Shown here piece after piece: positions 1 through 8,297 of a stretch of DNA of 64,000 nucleotides. Numbering within the stretch: the stretch's first letter is position 1; each line of letters starts with the position of its first letter. A program made the translations under genes and the position numbers. Origin of the DNA: a virus; the IMG/VR virus record IMGVR_UViG_3300042731_005935, positions 1 to 64,000 of that record; one strand, 5' to 3'. The notes under the pieces were generated by a model. That model saw nothing but the letters and a program-made list of their open reading frames with translations, searched no databases and was not told the origin of the DNA.

Positions 1-21
1 ATATGTATTGTGTTATTTTGG

Positions 22-81
22 CTACCATCGTCAGACGGCTGGCACCACCCAGCCGTGACCGCTCCGAAGAGCGGTTTCGGT
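22..81 (-). ncRNA. Hammerhead ribozyme, type II (copy 1)
   Basis: Minus strand reads ACC-GAAA-CCGCUC(UUCG)GAGCG-GUC-ACGGCUGG(GUGGUG)CCAGCCGU-CUGACGA-U-GGU. The full catalytic core (GAAA, GUC cleavage triplet, CUGAnGA) and perfect stems III and I are present. Predicted cleavage is between 57 and 56. Confidence 0.9.
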
Positions 82-267
82 TTACTTTATTCTCCATACT
101 TTTTCCGCTTGTCTGAAACCGACATATTCGCCGTCTTTGTTTAAGCCGCGGTTTGCTATTTCTTTTTTGATCATTTTCATAGCATCAACCTCACCATTGG
201 CGAATTTAAGAAGTAATTCGGTATCCATCGTCTGAAAAGCAAATTCTGGATTCTTTTTGTCTTTCAT
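82..267 (-). CDS. Small hypothetical phage protein (61 aa) between two ribozymes
   Basis: AAGGAG RBS 7 nt before the ATG; the stop codon abuts hammerhead copy 1. Confidence 0.85.
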   Translation of the reverse strand: MKDKKNPEFAFQTMDTELLLKFANGEVDAMKMIKKEIANRGLNKDGEYVGFRQAEKVWRIK

Positions 268-292
268 TGTTTATCTCCTTTTAAATGTTTAG

Positions 293-366
293 CTACCATC
301 GTCAGTTGACAGGCACCACCCTGTCAAGACCGAGGAGACGATAAATTGTCAACTCGGTTTCGGTAA
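293..366 (-). ncRNA. Hammerhead ribozyme, type II (copy 2)
   Basis: UUACC-GAAA-CCGAG...CUCG-GUC-UUGACAGG(GUGGUG)CCUGUCAA-CUGACGA-U-GGUAG. Same core and loop as copy 1, with compensatory changes in stem I. Predicted cleavage is between 328 and 327. Confidence 0.9.
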
Positions 367-369
367 TAA

Positions 370-780
370 CACTGTAAGGAGGAGAACATTTATGCAACAC
401 ACTGAGGATTTACTTGGTTGATTCAATCCCGTGCTTCCAGTCAATGCATCTGGATTTTACTTAATTCAGCGCCCGATGGCCAAGTCTTTAGTATGTCTGG
501 CAGTCGTTTGCTTATTCAAACCCGCGGCGGATGCTGTGTGCGCCGAAGCGACTTATTAATTTGTTGATTGGTTTTTCGCGTGGTGGCTAACTTTTTACAC
601 TGATTCGAATCAATTCCGAGGTTCTCTTTGAAGACTCGCTCCCGAAATCGTTGGAGGTCATTGCCTTCGCGGTGTCGTTTGAGATGTTTTTTATGGGGTT
701 TACTCACTGGGTCCGTTTCCCGCTGACCCTCTCAAACTCGCTCTTGCTAATTCCGTGCGCTTTGTTTCGTGTTTCGCGCT
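370..780 (-). ncRNA. Candidate long structured leader/ncRNA
   Basis: No convincing ORF. Serial hairpins on the minus strand: GUUUGAGA/UCUCAAAC enclosing GGGUC/GACCC, CGC(UUCG)GCG, GUUUG/CAAAC, UCCAG/CUGGA, GGAUU/AAUCC. Confidence 0.35.
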
Positions 781-781
781 A

Positions 782-793
782 TGTCAAAGAACA
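782..793 (-). promoter_or_regulatory. BoxA-like antitermination element
   Basis: TGTTCTTTGACA resembles rRNA/lambda boxA (TGCTCTTTAACA) and lies downstream of the leftward promoter. Confidence 0.45.
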
Positions 794-919
794 CTTTAAA
801 TAAATGCAATTTTTGTGCAGGATCCACGGAAATACCGAAAAAATAACCGTTATTTTCCTTAATGGTTCCAGTGGTTTAACCGTGTTTGTGATTCGTATAC
901 CGAGGATATGGCTCAGGAT

Positions 920-964
920 ATCAAAAAACTGACAAAAAACGTCAAAAAACTGACAAAAATCGTC
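920..964. repeat. 21-bp tandem repeat with phased A-tracts and TGAC-N7-GTCA palindromes
   Basis: atcaaaaaactgacaaaaaac / gtcaaaaaactgacaaaaatc / gtc. Confidence 0.8.
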
Positions 965-984
965 ATAGCCAACCACCAGTAAAC

Positions 985-1013
985 ATTATAAATATTTATA
1001 TTAAAAAATGCAA
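985..1013 (-). promoter_or_regulatory. Sigma70-like leftward promoter
   Basis: TTGCAT-17 bp-TATAAT on the minus strand. Confidence 0.6.
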
Positions 1014-1365
1014 TATGTCAAAAAATGTCATATATGGGTATTATATCATGCTTTATATGGAACCCGGATAACCTGATATTTGGATATGACATAAGTATCT
1101 GATACTATGAACAATGTCCGAGGACGGAATAGGGTAACAGATTACATAACCTCCGTATACGGAATTGTACAGTCAACACAAGGGTACGGACCTCTGCAAT
1201 GTCTTGTGCCGTAAGTATCCATGGTTTCTGGTAGTTGTGGATACAGAGCCAGTAAGCATTTGCTAAACAAGTGACCCTAAACTTTCAACCTTACGGCCAG
1301 CCATAGCCTGCCATCTGCCATGGTTAGTGGTATGTCCGACTAAATACTATCAAGAGAAAAACAAC

Positions 1366-1395
1366 TTGACACGCTCAAATTAACATACTTATAAG
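1366..1395 (+). promoter_or_regulatory. Sigma70-like promoter upstream of terminase small subunit
   Basis: TTGACA-18 bp-TATAAG. Confidence 0.45.
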
Positions 1396-1441
1396 TACAC
1401 CTGATTATATACGAGGAGTAAATACTTCAAATTACGGAATC

Positions 1442-1993
1442 ATGGATAAGCTGCCAAAGAGAAGAAAACGCAAACCCAACCCGATGGATAAGTTTAATCG
1501 ATCCACACGGGTCATTATATATAAGGCATTAAAAGCACGATTACCTATCCACCGTGCATGTAGTTTGGCAAATGTGAACCGATCCACGTATCGTGATTGG
1601 ATGAAGAAAGGAGAGAATCCTCGTCGCTACCCAAAACATGCCATGTTCCGTAAGACCATTACCATGATTGAATCAAAGAAAGAACAAGAGGCGTTAAGGG
1701 TGATAGAACTTGCCCAGTACGGTGGGCAAGAGATTGTGGAAACCAAGATACATATCGGCGGTAAGTATGGAAGAGAAATTACCAGAATACGAAAACAACT
1801 TAAACCACATTGGGGTGCAGCAGCATGGTGGTTGGAAAAGACCAAACCAAACGATTACGGCGGTGACCAAATTGGTGAGACTAACCAGACACCTGAGGAA
1901 CTGGCAAGAGAAATTCGCGAGGCGATGCAGGCAATGGATGAATCAGTTCCGGAAGAAGATTGTTGCCTGGAAGAAATACAATCTTGTGGATAG
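1442..1993 (+). CDS. terS: Terminase small subunit (N-terminal HTH)
   Basis: HTH-like 'IHRACSLANVNRSTYRDW' and 'WGAAAWWLEK' motif; lies upstream of TerL. Confidence 0.7.
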   Translation: MDKLPKRRKRKPNPMDKFNRSTRVIIYKALKARLPIHRACSLANVNRSTYRDWMKKGENPRRYPKHAMFRKTITMIESKKEQEALRVIELAQYGGQEIVETKIHIGGKYGREITRIRKQLKPHWGAAAWWLEKTKPNDYGGDQIGETNQTPEELAREIREAMQAMDESVPEEDCCLEEIQSCG

Positions 1994-2003
1994 GAGATAC
2001 GGC

Positions 2004-2207
2004 ATGGAAACAAAAATATTTAAAATCACCTATGACCCGACCGAAGGTACATTAAATGAAGAAAATATCCTTTTAATGGGTGAGTATTTTGGCAATTTAC
2101 AGATTGAAGATATTACCGATCAGGTAATAACCAACATTGCCGACACCGATAAGAGGCATAGATGGTTAAAATTCCATGCCCGATCAAGGGAAATAACAAA
2201 TGAATAA
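2004..2207 (+). CDS. Hypothetical protein
   Basis: AGGAG RBS before ATG 2004 (trimmed from the 1710 ORF). Confidence 0.6.
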   Translation: METKIFKITYDPTEGTLNEENILLMGEYFGNLQIEDITDQVITNIADTDKRHRWLKFHARSREITNE

Positions 2208-2694
2208 TGTAATCGATCTGACCACTCGCACCGAAGTAAAATGGACGCTTTCCAACGGGTGGAATATTTACATTTGGAACAGGATGCTCCAAGACCAGGT
2301 TAATGCCGAAGAAGAAAATAAACTTTTATCTACCGCCAAAAAACCGCTGTTGGATCCTGCCGATATCGGGATGGAGATTGATCCTGATAACCTAAACAAC
2401 TTTCCCGAGGAGTTGTTTGATTCAACACCTTTAGGGGATAACTATTTTTATGACAATTATATCCAGCGCTTGAATCAACGAGAAGAATCAACCTTTACCT
2501 GGCCGACACCAAAAGAAGTAAGGGTTTCCGACCGAGACTTCCCAGCAGACTATAGCGCCAATATTACTATGGCGGATATTCCCAGCTTGGTTGGTGATGG
2601 GAAAAAGATTGGGTGTCCTCAACACAACTCCAAAGAATCAAGCCAGCAGGAAAATTCCTGCCGGATTCAAGACACCACCGGAAGAGAGGAGTAA
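2200..2694 (+). CDS. Hypothetical protein
   Basis: ORF tightly packed in the operon. Confidence 0.65.
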   Translation: MNNVIDLTTRTEVKWTLSNGWNIYIWNRMLQDQVNAEEENKLLSTAKKPLLDPADIGMEIDPDNLNNFPEELFDSTPLGDNYFYDNYIQRLNQREESTFTWPTPKEVRVSDRDFPADYSANITMADIPSLVGDGKKIGCPQHNSKESSQQENSCRIQDTTGREE

Positions 2695-2697
2695 TTA

Positions 2698-4122
2698 ATG
2701 CCAGCCAAAGTGATTATTAATGATTCGCGCCTAACCAAACGATGGGAAAAACTTGGCTACCATCAGGAGCAGAGTAATTGCTACCGATCACCGGCGCGTT
2801 TTAATATTAATCACTCTGGGCGGCGGTCAGGAAAAACAGAACTCCAAGGCAAAAGAAAGGTAGTAAGAAAAGCACTTAGAGGCGCCACAATATTCCCCGA
2901 CTGGAGATGTTTTATTGGTGCGCCTGTACGGCACCAAGCAAAGAAGATTTATTGGTCGGATATTAAACAACTGGTGCCAAAGAAATTCATGGCCGGCCCA
3001 CCGAACGAATCGGAGTTAATTGTTCGGCTTATCAACGGAAGTGAGATACACGTGGTTGGTATGGACCGTCCCGAACGTGTTGAGGGTCAACCCTGGGACC
3101 ACGGTATACTCGATGAATACGGAAATATGAAGCCACAGACCTGGGAAGAGCATGTCCGCCCAGCCTTATCAGATAGAAAAGGATCATGCGATTTCATTGG
3201 TGTGCCAGAGGGTAGAAATCATTATTACGACCTGGTACAATTGGCCAAGGAAGATAAGACTGGATCATGGAGAGTCTGGCACTGGCCATCATGGGAGATA
3301 CTCGATGCCGAAGAAATTGAAGCCGCCCAGCGAGACATGGACCCGCTTATCTATGAACAGGAATATGGTGGAGAATTTGTTAATTTCACTGGAATGGCCT
3401 ACTATGTTTTTGATGAAACTCGGCACGTCGGAAAGTACCGACGTTTTTATGATCCCAAGCGGCCATTGGTTTTCTGCTTCGATTTCAATGTATCACCTGG
3501 CGTGGCAGTAATCTGCCAGGAGATGGGTAGCGATGTTTTTGATTTACCTATCGGGATGACGATTACTGCTATTATCGGAGAAGTATACATCCCACGCCAA
3601 AGCAATACCATCCGTGTGTGCAAGAAATTAATTGAAGACTGGGGCCAAGATGGAGAAGACCATCAAGGATTAATCATTTGTTACGGTGATTCAACTGGTG
3701 GCGCTGAAGGAACAGCGAAGATATCCGGTAATGATTGGGACCTGATTAAACAACAATTATATCCGTATTTCGGTGACCGTCTTTACTTCAAGGTGCCGAC
3801 CAAGAACCCGAAAGAACGCCAGCGGGTTAATGCTGTTAATAGCCGGTTGATGACATACTCTGGCGATGTTCGAATGGTAATGGACGGCAAGCATTGCAAG
3901 AAGACGATTAAGGATTTTGAGGGTGTACGAGTTATTGAAGGCACGGCGGGAGAGATTGACAAGAAGTCCGACCCGCTGCTCACCCATTTAACCGATGCCG
4001 TCGGCTACTATGTCCATAAGGAATTCCCGGTGCAGAAATACTACACCGCCGACGATATTCGCGATATGATGGCGCGCAGAAACAAAGAGCGCATTGATAC
4101 GGCTTTGAGGAGAGCCGCTTAA
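2698..4122 (+). CDS. terL: Terminase large subunit
   Basis: Walker A GRRSGKT, Walker B ILDE, RNase H-like nuclease 'CFDFN' and 'HLTDAVGY'. Confidence 0.97.
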   Translation: MPAKVIINDSRLTKRWEKLGYHQEQSNCYRSPARFNINHSGRRSGKTELQGKRKVVRKALRGATIFPDWRCFIGAPVRHQAKKIYWSDIKQLVPKKFMAGPPNESELIVRLINGSEIHVVGMDRPERVEGQPWDHGILDEYGNMKPQTWEEHVRPALSDRKGSCDFIGVPEGRNHYYDLVQLAKEDKTGSWRVWHWPSWEILDAEEIEAAQRDMDPLIYEQEYGGEFVNFTGMAYYVFDETRHVGKYRRFYDPKRPLVFCFDFNVSPGVAVICQEMGSDVFDLPIGMTITAIIGEVYIPRQSNTIRVCKKLIEDWGQDGEDHQGLIICYGDSTGGAEGTAKISGNDWDLIKQQLYPYFGDRLYFKVPTKNPKERQRVNAVNSRLMTYSGDVRMVMDGKHCKKTIKDFEGVRVIEGTAGEIDKKSDPLLTHLTDAVGYYVHKEFPVQKYYTADDIRDMMARRNKERIDTALRRAA

Positions 4123-4144
4123 CCCAAACAAAGGAGATACGGCA

Positions 4145-4714
4145 ATGAAGAAAACAAAAACATTTCAGGAAACTTGTATTTTAATTAATTCTCTTTTTAC
4201 TAATGACATCAATATCATTGCAAGAGAATTAGAGAATATCCTTCTCGGTGAAACAGTGACTACAGACATGAATCCTGAAAAACTTATTGATGGTACGGCA
4301 GAATTTAGTCACTGCTTCCATGAGGAGGATATACTTCGGGTGTATCGGAAGATTAAAGCGATCCAAAGGAATTGTGAAAAGTTAGAGCGGGACCTTGAGG
4401 AAGAAGATATTCCGGTGATGGAAGAATTCATGGACGCGGATCATATAGCAAAGCCCGATACGGTGAAAATTGTGGCTATTAAGCAACCCGACGGAAGTAC
4501 TTTTATTACCGACAACGTCCAAGCAGAGATGACTTGCAAGTGTGGCAAGTCAAAGTTGTGGATGCACGCCGGGCAGATATCCACACCATGCCCGTATTGT
4601 AGGAGACAATATCTTGCTGTACATCATCTTAAAACAGGACAATTTAAGTTTATCCATTGTAATGCGTGGTGGAGAACTCTTTGGTATAAGATGATCGGAA
4701 GGAGCCAGGCATGA
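4145..4714 (+). CDS. Hypothetical protein with C-terminal Zn-ribbon (CxC...CxxC)
   Basis: AAGGAG RBS; CKCG...CPYC. Confidence 0.7.
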   Translation: MKKTKTFQETCILINSLFTNDINIIARELENILLGETVTTDMNPEKLIDGTAEFSHCFHEEDILRVYRKIKAIQRNCEKLERDLEEEDIPVMEEFMDADHIAKPDTVKIVAIKQPDGSTFITDNVQAEMTCKCGKSKLWMHAGQISTPCPYCRRQYLAVHHLKTGQFKFIHCNAWWRTLWYKMIGRSQA

Positions 4715-4935
4715 AATGGTGTAAGAAGACAAACCGGATGAAGTATAATTGGTGGGAGCGCCTTGTAGCCAATGTCCGCGTTTATCTATCCGGCCATTTT
4801 GAATTCGGGCTGGTTAGGAAAGAAGATACCTTCGGACATAACTATAAAGGCAATTATAAACACTTTGGTCATAAGGAGATGGTTAAGGAGTATTTATCCA
4901 AGGGTTCTTGGCATCGGAAGTGGAGGGTAGCATGA
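4711..4935 (+). CDS. Hypothetical protein
   Basis: ATGA overlaps at both ends. Confidence 0.6.
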   Translation: MKWCKKTNRMKYNWWERLVANVRVYLSGHFEFGLVRKEDTFGHNYKGNYKHFGHKEMVKEYLSKGSWHRKWRVA

Positions 4936-5084
4936 AGAAAATCAAAATCAATTGGACCTGTTCTGATTACTGTCACCACTCTCACCGATTTAAATGGATA
5001 GCGTATTTGTGTGGGCGCGTTCAATTATTCAAACACTTGTGGAATGCGGAAGCAAAGTATAGTACCGCTCCATTGAGGAGATGA
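4932..5084 (+). CDS. Small hypothetical protein (50 aa, not in ORF track)
   Basis: MKKIKINWTCSDYCHHSH...; GGAGG RBS and ATGA overlap. Confidence 0.55.
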   Translation: MKKIKINWTCSDYCHHSHRFKWIAYLCGRVQLFKHLWNAEAKYSTAPLRR

Positions 5085-5405
5085 TTATTGAGTAAAGAAA
5101 ACAAAGAAAGTCTGTTGGTGACTTCGCCTATTCGTCCTATAGAGCAGATTTCAACGGTTTGCGTCGGTAAACCAAACGCCGTATCTCCTCACCCGACGCA
5201 CTCAAGCCCGGTCGGCTCCTCTGGTAGGGAGCTGCCGCCCGAAGGAGACGGCCGACCGGGTATTCCTCTCCCTCTATGCGCCGACCGGTCCGGGTATGGC
5301 CCGGACTGTGTCGGCTGCATAAAGGAGCAGGAATGCGAGGAGATAGAACGTAGTATTTATGAGAAATTTATGGCAGATATGACTGAAACAAATGGAGGAG
5401 ATCTA

Positions 5406-5960
5406 ATGGCAGATAAAGTACAAATATGGAATCCGAAAGGTATGTGCTGGACCCTGATAGATCGAGAATTGGGACAGATTGTTGACCATTCACCGGGCAA
5501 GTTTCTGGACGTGCCGATTTTTACTCATAAATCTGTTATGGAGTCATGCAATGGAAATCTCCCTCTTCCGCAATTTCCGCCCGAGGTAGTAATTGAGGAA
5601 TGTTCATTTGAACAGAGTGGATATACAACCAGAGGGAATCATTGGAATGTTCCGACATTGTTAAAAGCGGCAAATGACCAACATTGCCTCGTATTTGATC
5701 TTCCGTTGTCCGCAATCGATTTGAGTGCATGTCCGTGGAAAGATACCCAAAGTGTGGAAGACATTATTTATCATGCCAACCGTGCTTACAAATCGGACTT
5801 GAAATATCCGATTATACTTGATTGGCACGGTTATATTTGTGATGGATGGCACCGGGTAGTCAAAGCGGTAATACTTCAGCATAAAACAATCCGAGCATAT
5901 AGGCTTAAAAAATATGTTGAACCTGATTTTATCAAGGAGGGGGAGAATGCCGGTAATTAG
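5406..5960 (+). CDS. ParB/Srx-like N-terminal domain protein
   Basis: 'YPIILDWHGYICDGWHRVVKA' matches the ParB/Srx DGxHR motif. GGAGG RBS before ATG 5406; an alternative TTG start exists at 5088. Confidence 0.7.
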   Translation: MADKVQIWNPKGMCWTLIDRELGQIVDHSPGKFLDVPIFTHKSVMESCNGNLPLPQFPPEVVIEECSFEQSGYTTRGNHWNVPTLLKAANDQHCLVFDLPLSAIDLSACPWKDTQSVEDIIYHANRAYKSDLKYPIILDWHGYICDGWHRVVKAVILQHKTIRAYRLKKYVEPDFIKEGENAGN

Positions 5961-6255
5961 TGAACGCGATGAATGGAGGGCCCAGGAAGATGCATACACC
6001 TTGGCTGAAGCAAAGAAGATTCAGAAAGACCAGGTTCGTCTCACTCGGGCGCAACAGGCAGCAAAGAAATTGGCAGACGAAAGGGCGGAGGATGCTCAAT
6101 CAATGCGACAAGTCGCCGGAAGAAAAGAAAACAATTCCACACCGGCGAAGGGCAATGCAAAGATGGTTCGTGATTCAAAACCGCAGGCGCAAACAGGTCG
6201 TCCTCGGCAGGGCCAGGGAGCAAGCCAATTTAACGTTTTCAAAAAGATTGGATAA
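5947..6255 (+). CDS. Hypothetical basic protein
   Basis: RBS GGAGG; 'WRAQEDAYTLAEAKKI'. Confidence 0.7.
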   Translation: MPVISERDEWRAQEDAYTLAEAKKIQKDQVRLTRAQQAAKKLADERAEDAQSMRQVAGRKENNSTPAKGNAKMVRDSKPQAQTGRPRQGQGASQFNVFKKIG

Positions 6256-6336
6256 ATTGCTTGAGTGGCTGAAGACACCAGAAGCCGCAGAAGCATTAAG
6301 GAAAGCAAGTCGGCGATCGGAATTAGGAGAATCGGT

Positions 6337-6498
6337 ATGAAGTATAAAATATTCTGGCTGGATAATAAAGGAGAGAAAAAAGAAAAGCAGGTCAAAAAGG
6401 ATCGCCAGGAAGAAGCATTATTGGAGGCGTTTTTCGGATATTTAAAGGATAATTCGGAATCAGCACCTTTTGGAATAGTCGAAGAAATTGAGGACTAA
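6337..6498 (+). CDS. Small hypothetical protein
   Basis: AGGAG RBS before ATG 6337. Confidence 0.55.
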   Translation: MKYKIFWLDNKGEKKEKQVKKDRQEEALLEAFFGYLKDNSESAPFGIVEEIED

Positions 6499-6509
6499 AG
6501 GAGAAACAA

Positions 6510-8123
6510 ATGCCTGAAGAAAAGAAACCGACCGGCAGCGGCGGAATGAAGAAACAACTTACCGTTGGTGATCTTATTGCAACTCATGAGTTGTACGACC
6601 AAAACGAAAGTGAATGGACATTCTTAACTGCCGTATATGAAGGGATTCGGGAAATTATTCGCCATGACCTCATTGAACGCCACGAACGCGAACCAATAAT
6701 CGCATACCAGCGGCGAATTAAAGAATTATTCAGTTTCGGTTATTCCAAGTCTGTAGTGGAGATATTCCATTTCTTTTTGTTTAAGAAAGAGCCAACTCAT
6801 AAACTCGGCAAATTATTAGAAGATAAACGCTGGAAACTCTTCCAGGAGGATGCTAACTTATATGGTATGGATTATAATGCTACCATCATGGAGATTGCAC
6901 TCTGGGCAGCAATACAAGGTCATATGGGTATTCTGGTAGACAAAGCGAATGCAGGATTCCAAACAGTTGAACAACAAGTCAACGCCAAGGTCTATCCGTA
7001 TCTTGCTAAGTATCACCCAAAGGCGATACTTGACTGGCAATGGGAACGTGATGAATACAATCGTCCGTACCTCTCCTATCTCAAATTGGAAGATGATGAT
7101 GGGCAATATCGTATTTGGGAGCCTGATCACTGGGAAATATGGGAGTTGCCAGAAGATAAAGATGGTAACCCAGATAAAAGTAGTGAAGGCGCCGATGCAG
7201 TATTTATTGATGCCGGCCCGAATCCAATTGGAATAATTCCTTTTATCTGGTTCTATAACCAACGGTCGAAAAAAGCTAACATTGGCAACTCCGATATCCA
7301 TGAAGTGACACGCATTGATCTTTCCATTATTCGAAGTATGTCTCAGATAGAGGAGACGATTTATTTTGCTGCATTCCCAATGATGCGAAAACCAATGCGT
7401 GATGCTAAACCAACGGAAATAAATTCTCCACAGCAGGACGATGAAGTTAGTGTTCAAACTGTGCTTGAATTCGATCCTGAACATCCTGAAAGTAAACCGG
7501 ATTGGCTTGATTCCGCAGTTGCCGAGCCTGTTCAAGCAACACTTAGTACAGTAAACAAGAAAATTGAAGAAATCTACCGGGCAGCAAATATTGGCGGTAT
7601 GGCAGCAACCGAACCGAGCAAATATCAGCAATCGGGAGTTGCCAAACGTATTGATTTCCAATTACTTAATTCCAAGATGGTATCGAAAGCGATTAACCTT
7701 GAGGACGCGGAGAACAAAATCCTTGAGCTTTGGTGCCGATGGGAGAATTTGTGGGATCATTATAAAAATGAATCAAAGATGGGTCGTGCCAAGACATTTG
7801 ATATTGAGGAACTTTCCACTACACTTGATGACGCATTAACCGCCAAGACGGTGGTTATCTCCAATCGCTTTAATGAATTACTTCAGAAACAAGTTGCCAG
7901 ACAGGTACTCCCAACAGCCACTGAACAACAGATGGTGGATATTGATAAAGAGATCGAAGCAAATGTCCAGAGAGAGACACCGACAGGAGAGAATATTCCG
8001 GATATCGATAACCCAGACCTTAAGCCCGGCGACCGTGACATTGTTAACAGCGGCACCTCTCCTGAAGAAACACCTACAGCCAGCGACAAGACTGGTCAAG
8101 TTCAACAGGGAGGTGAGGAGTAA
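6510..8123 (+). CDS. Portal protein
   Basis: 537 aa, after TerL and before the minor head protein; 'QQSGVAKRIDF' motif typical of SPP1-like portals. Confidence 0.9.
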   Translation: MPEEKKPTGSGGMKKQLTVGDLIATHELYDQNESEWTFLTAVYEGIREIIRHDLIERHEREPIIAYQRRIKELFSFGYSKSVVEIFHFFLFKKEPTHKLGKLLEDKRWKLFQEDANLYGMDYNATIMEIALWAAIQGHMGILVDKANAGFQTVEQQVNAKVYPYLAKYHPKAILDWQWERDEYNRPYLSYLKLEDDDGQYRIWEPDHWEIWELPEDKDGNPDKSSEGADAVFIDAGPNPIGIIPFIWFYNQRSKKANIGNSDIHEVTRIDLSIIRSMSQIEETIYFAAFPMMRKPMRDAKPTEINSPQQDDEVSVQTVLEFDPEHPESKPDWLDSAVAEPVQATLSTVNKKIEEIYRAANIGGMAATEPSKYQQSGVAKRIDFQLLNSKMVSKAINLEDAENKILELWCRWENLWDHYKNESKMGRAKTFDIEELSTTLDDALTAKTVVISNRFNELLQKQVARQVLPTATEQQMVDIDKEIEANVQRETPTGENIPDIDNPDLKPGDRDIVNSGTSPEETPTASDKTGQVQQGGEE

Positions 8124-8272
8124 TGCCTGCAGCATTTGATAGATGAGTAGCTAAAGGTGGCCGAGTTCGGACCAAGAAATTAAAAGGACGCAAATATCAA
8201 CATATTTGCTTTATTGGTGGCAAGAGTTATGTTGGTGAGGTAAAAACCAAGAAAGGGAAGAGGAGAAAATAA
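8123..8272 (+). CDS. Small basic protein with in-frame UGA at codon 8 (candidate selenoprotein)
   Basis: GGAGGT RBS and TAATG overlap with the portal stop. Reads MPAAFDR-UGA-VAKGGRVRTKKLKGRKYQHICFIGGKSYVGEVKTKKGKRRK and fills most of the gap to the next gene. Confidence 0.65.
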
Positions 8273-8297
8273 TAATGGCATCGGGAGAAATGTCATA

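Noticed and set aside
21-366. The repeated gctaccatcgtcag...ggtttcggt motif as a CRISPR repeat or att site
   Set aside because: Only two copies, the internal differences are compensatory stem changes, and no cas or integrase gene is present. The hammerhead core explains it.
377-421. Plus-strand AAGGAGG followed by a 9-codon ORF (MQHTEDLLG)
   Set aside because: Too short to support, and antisense to the ribozyme transcript.
516-976. ORFs 516..707 and 779..976 as genes
   Set aside because: No clear RBS; the translation of the second simply mirrors the DNA repeat. The region looks regulatory/structured.
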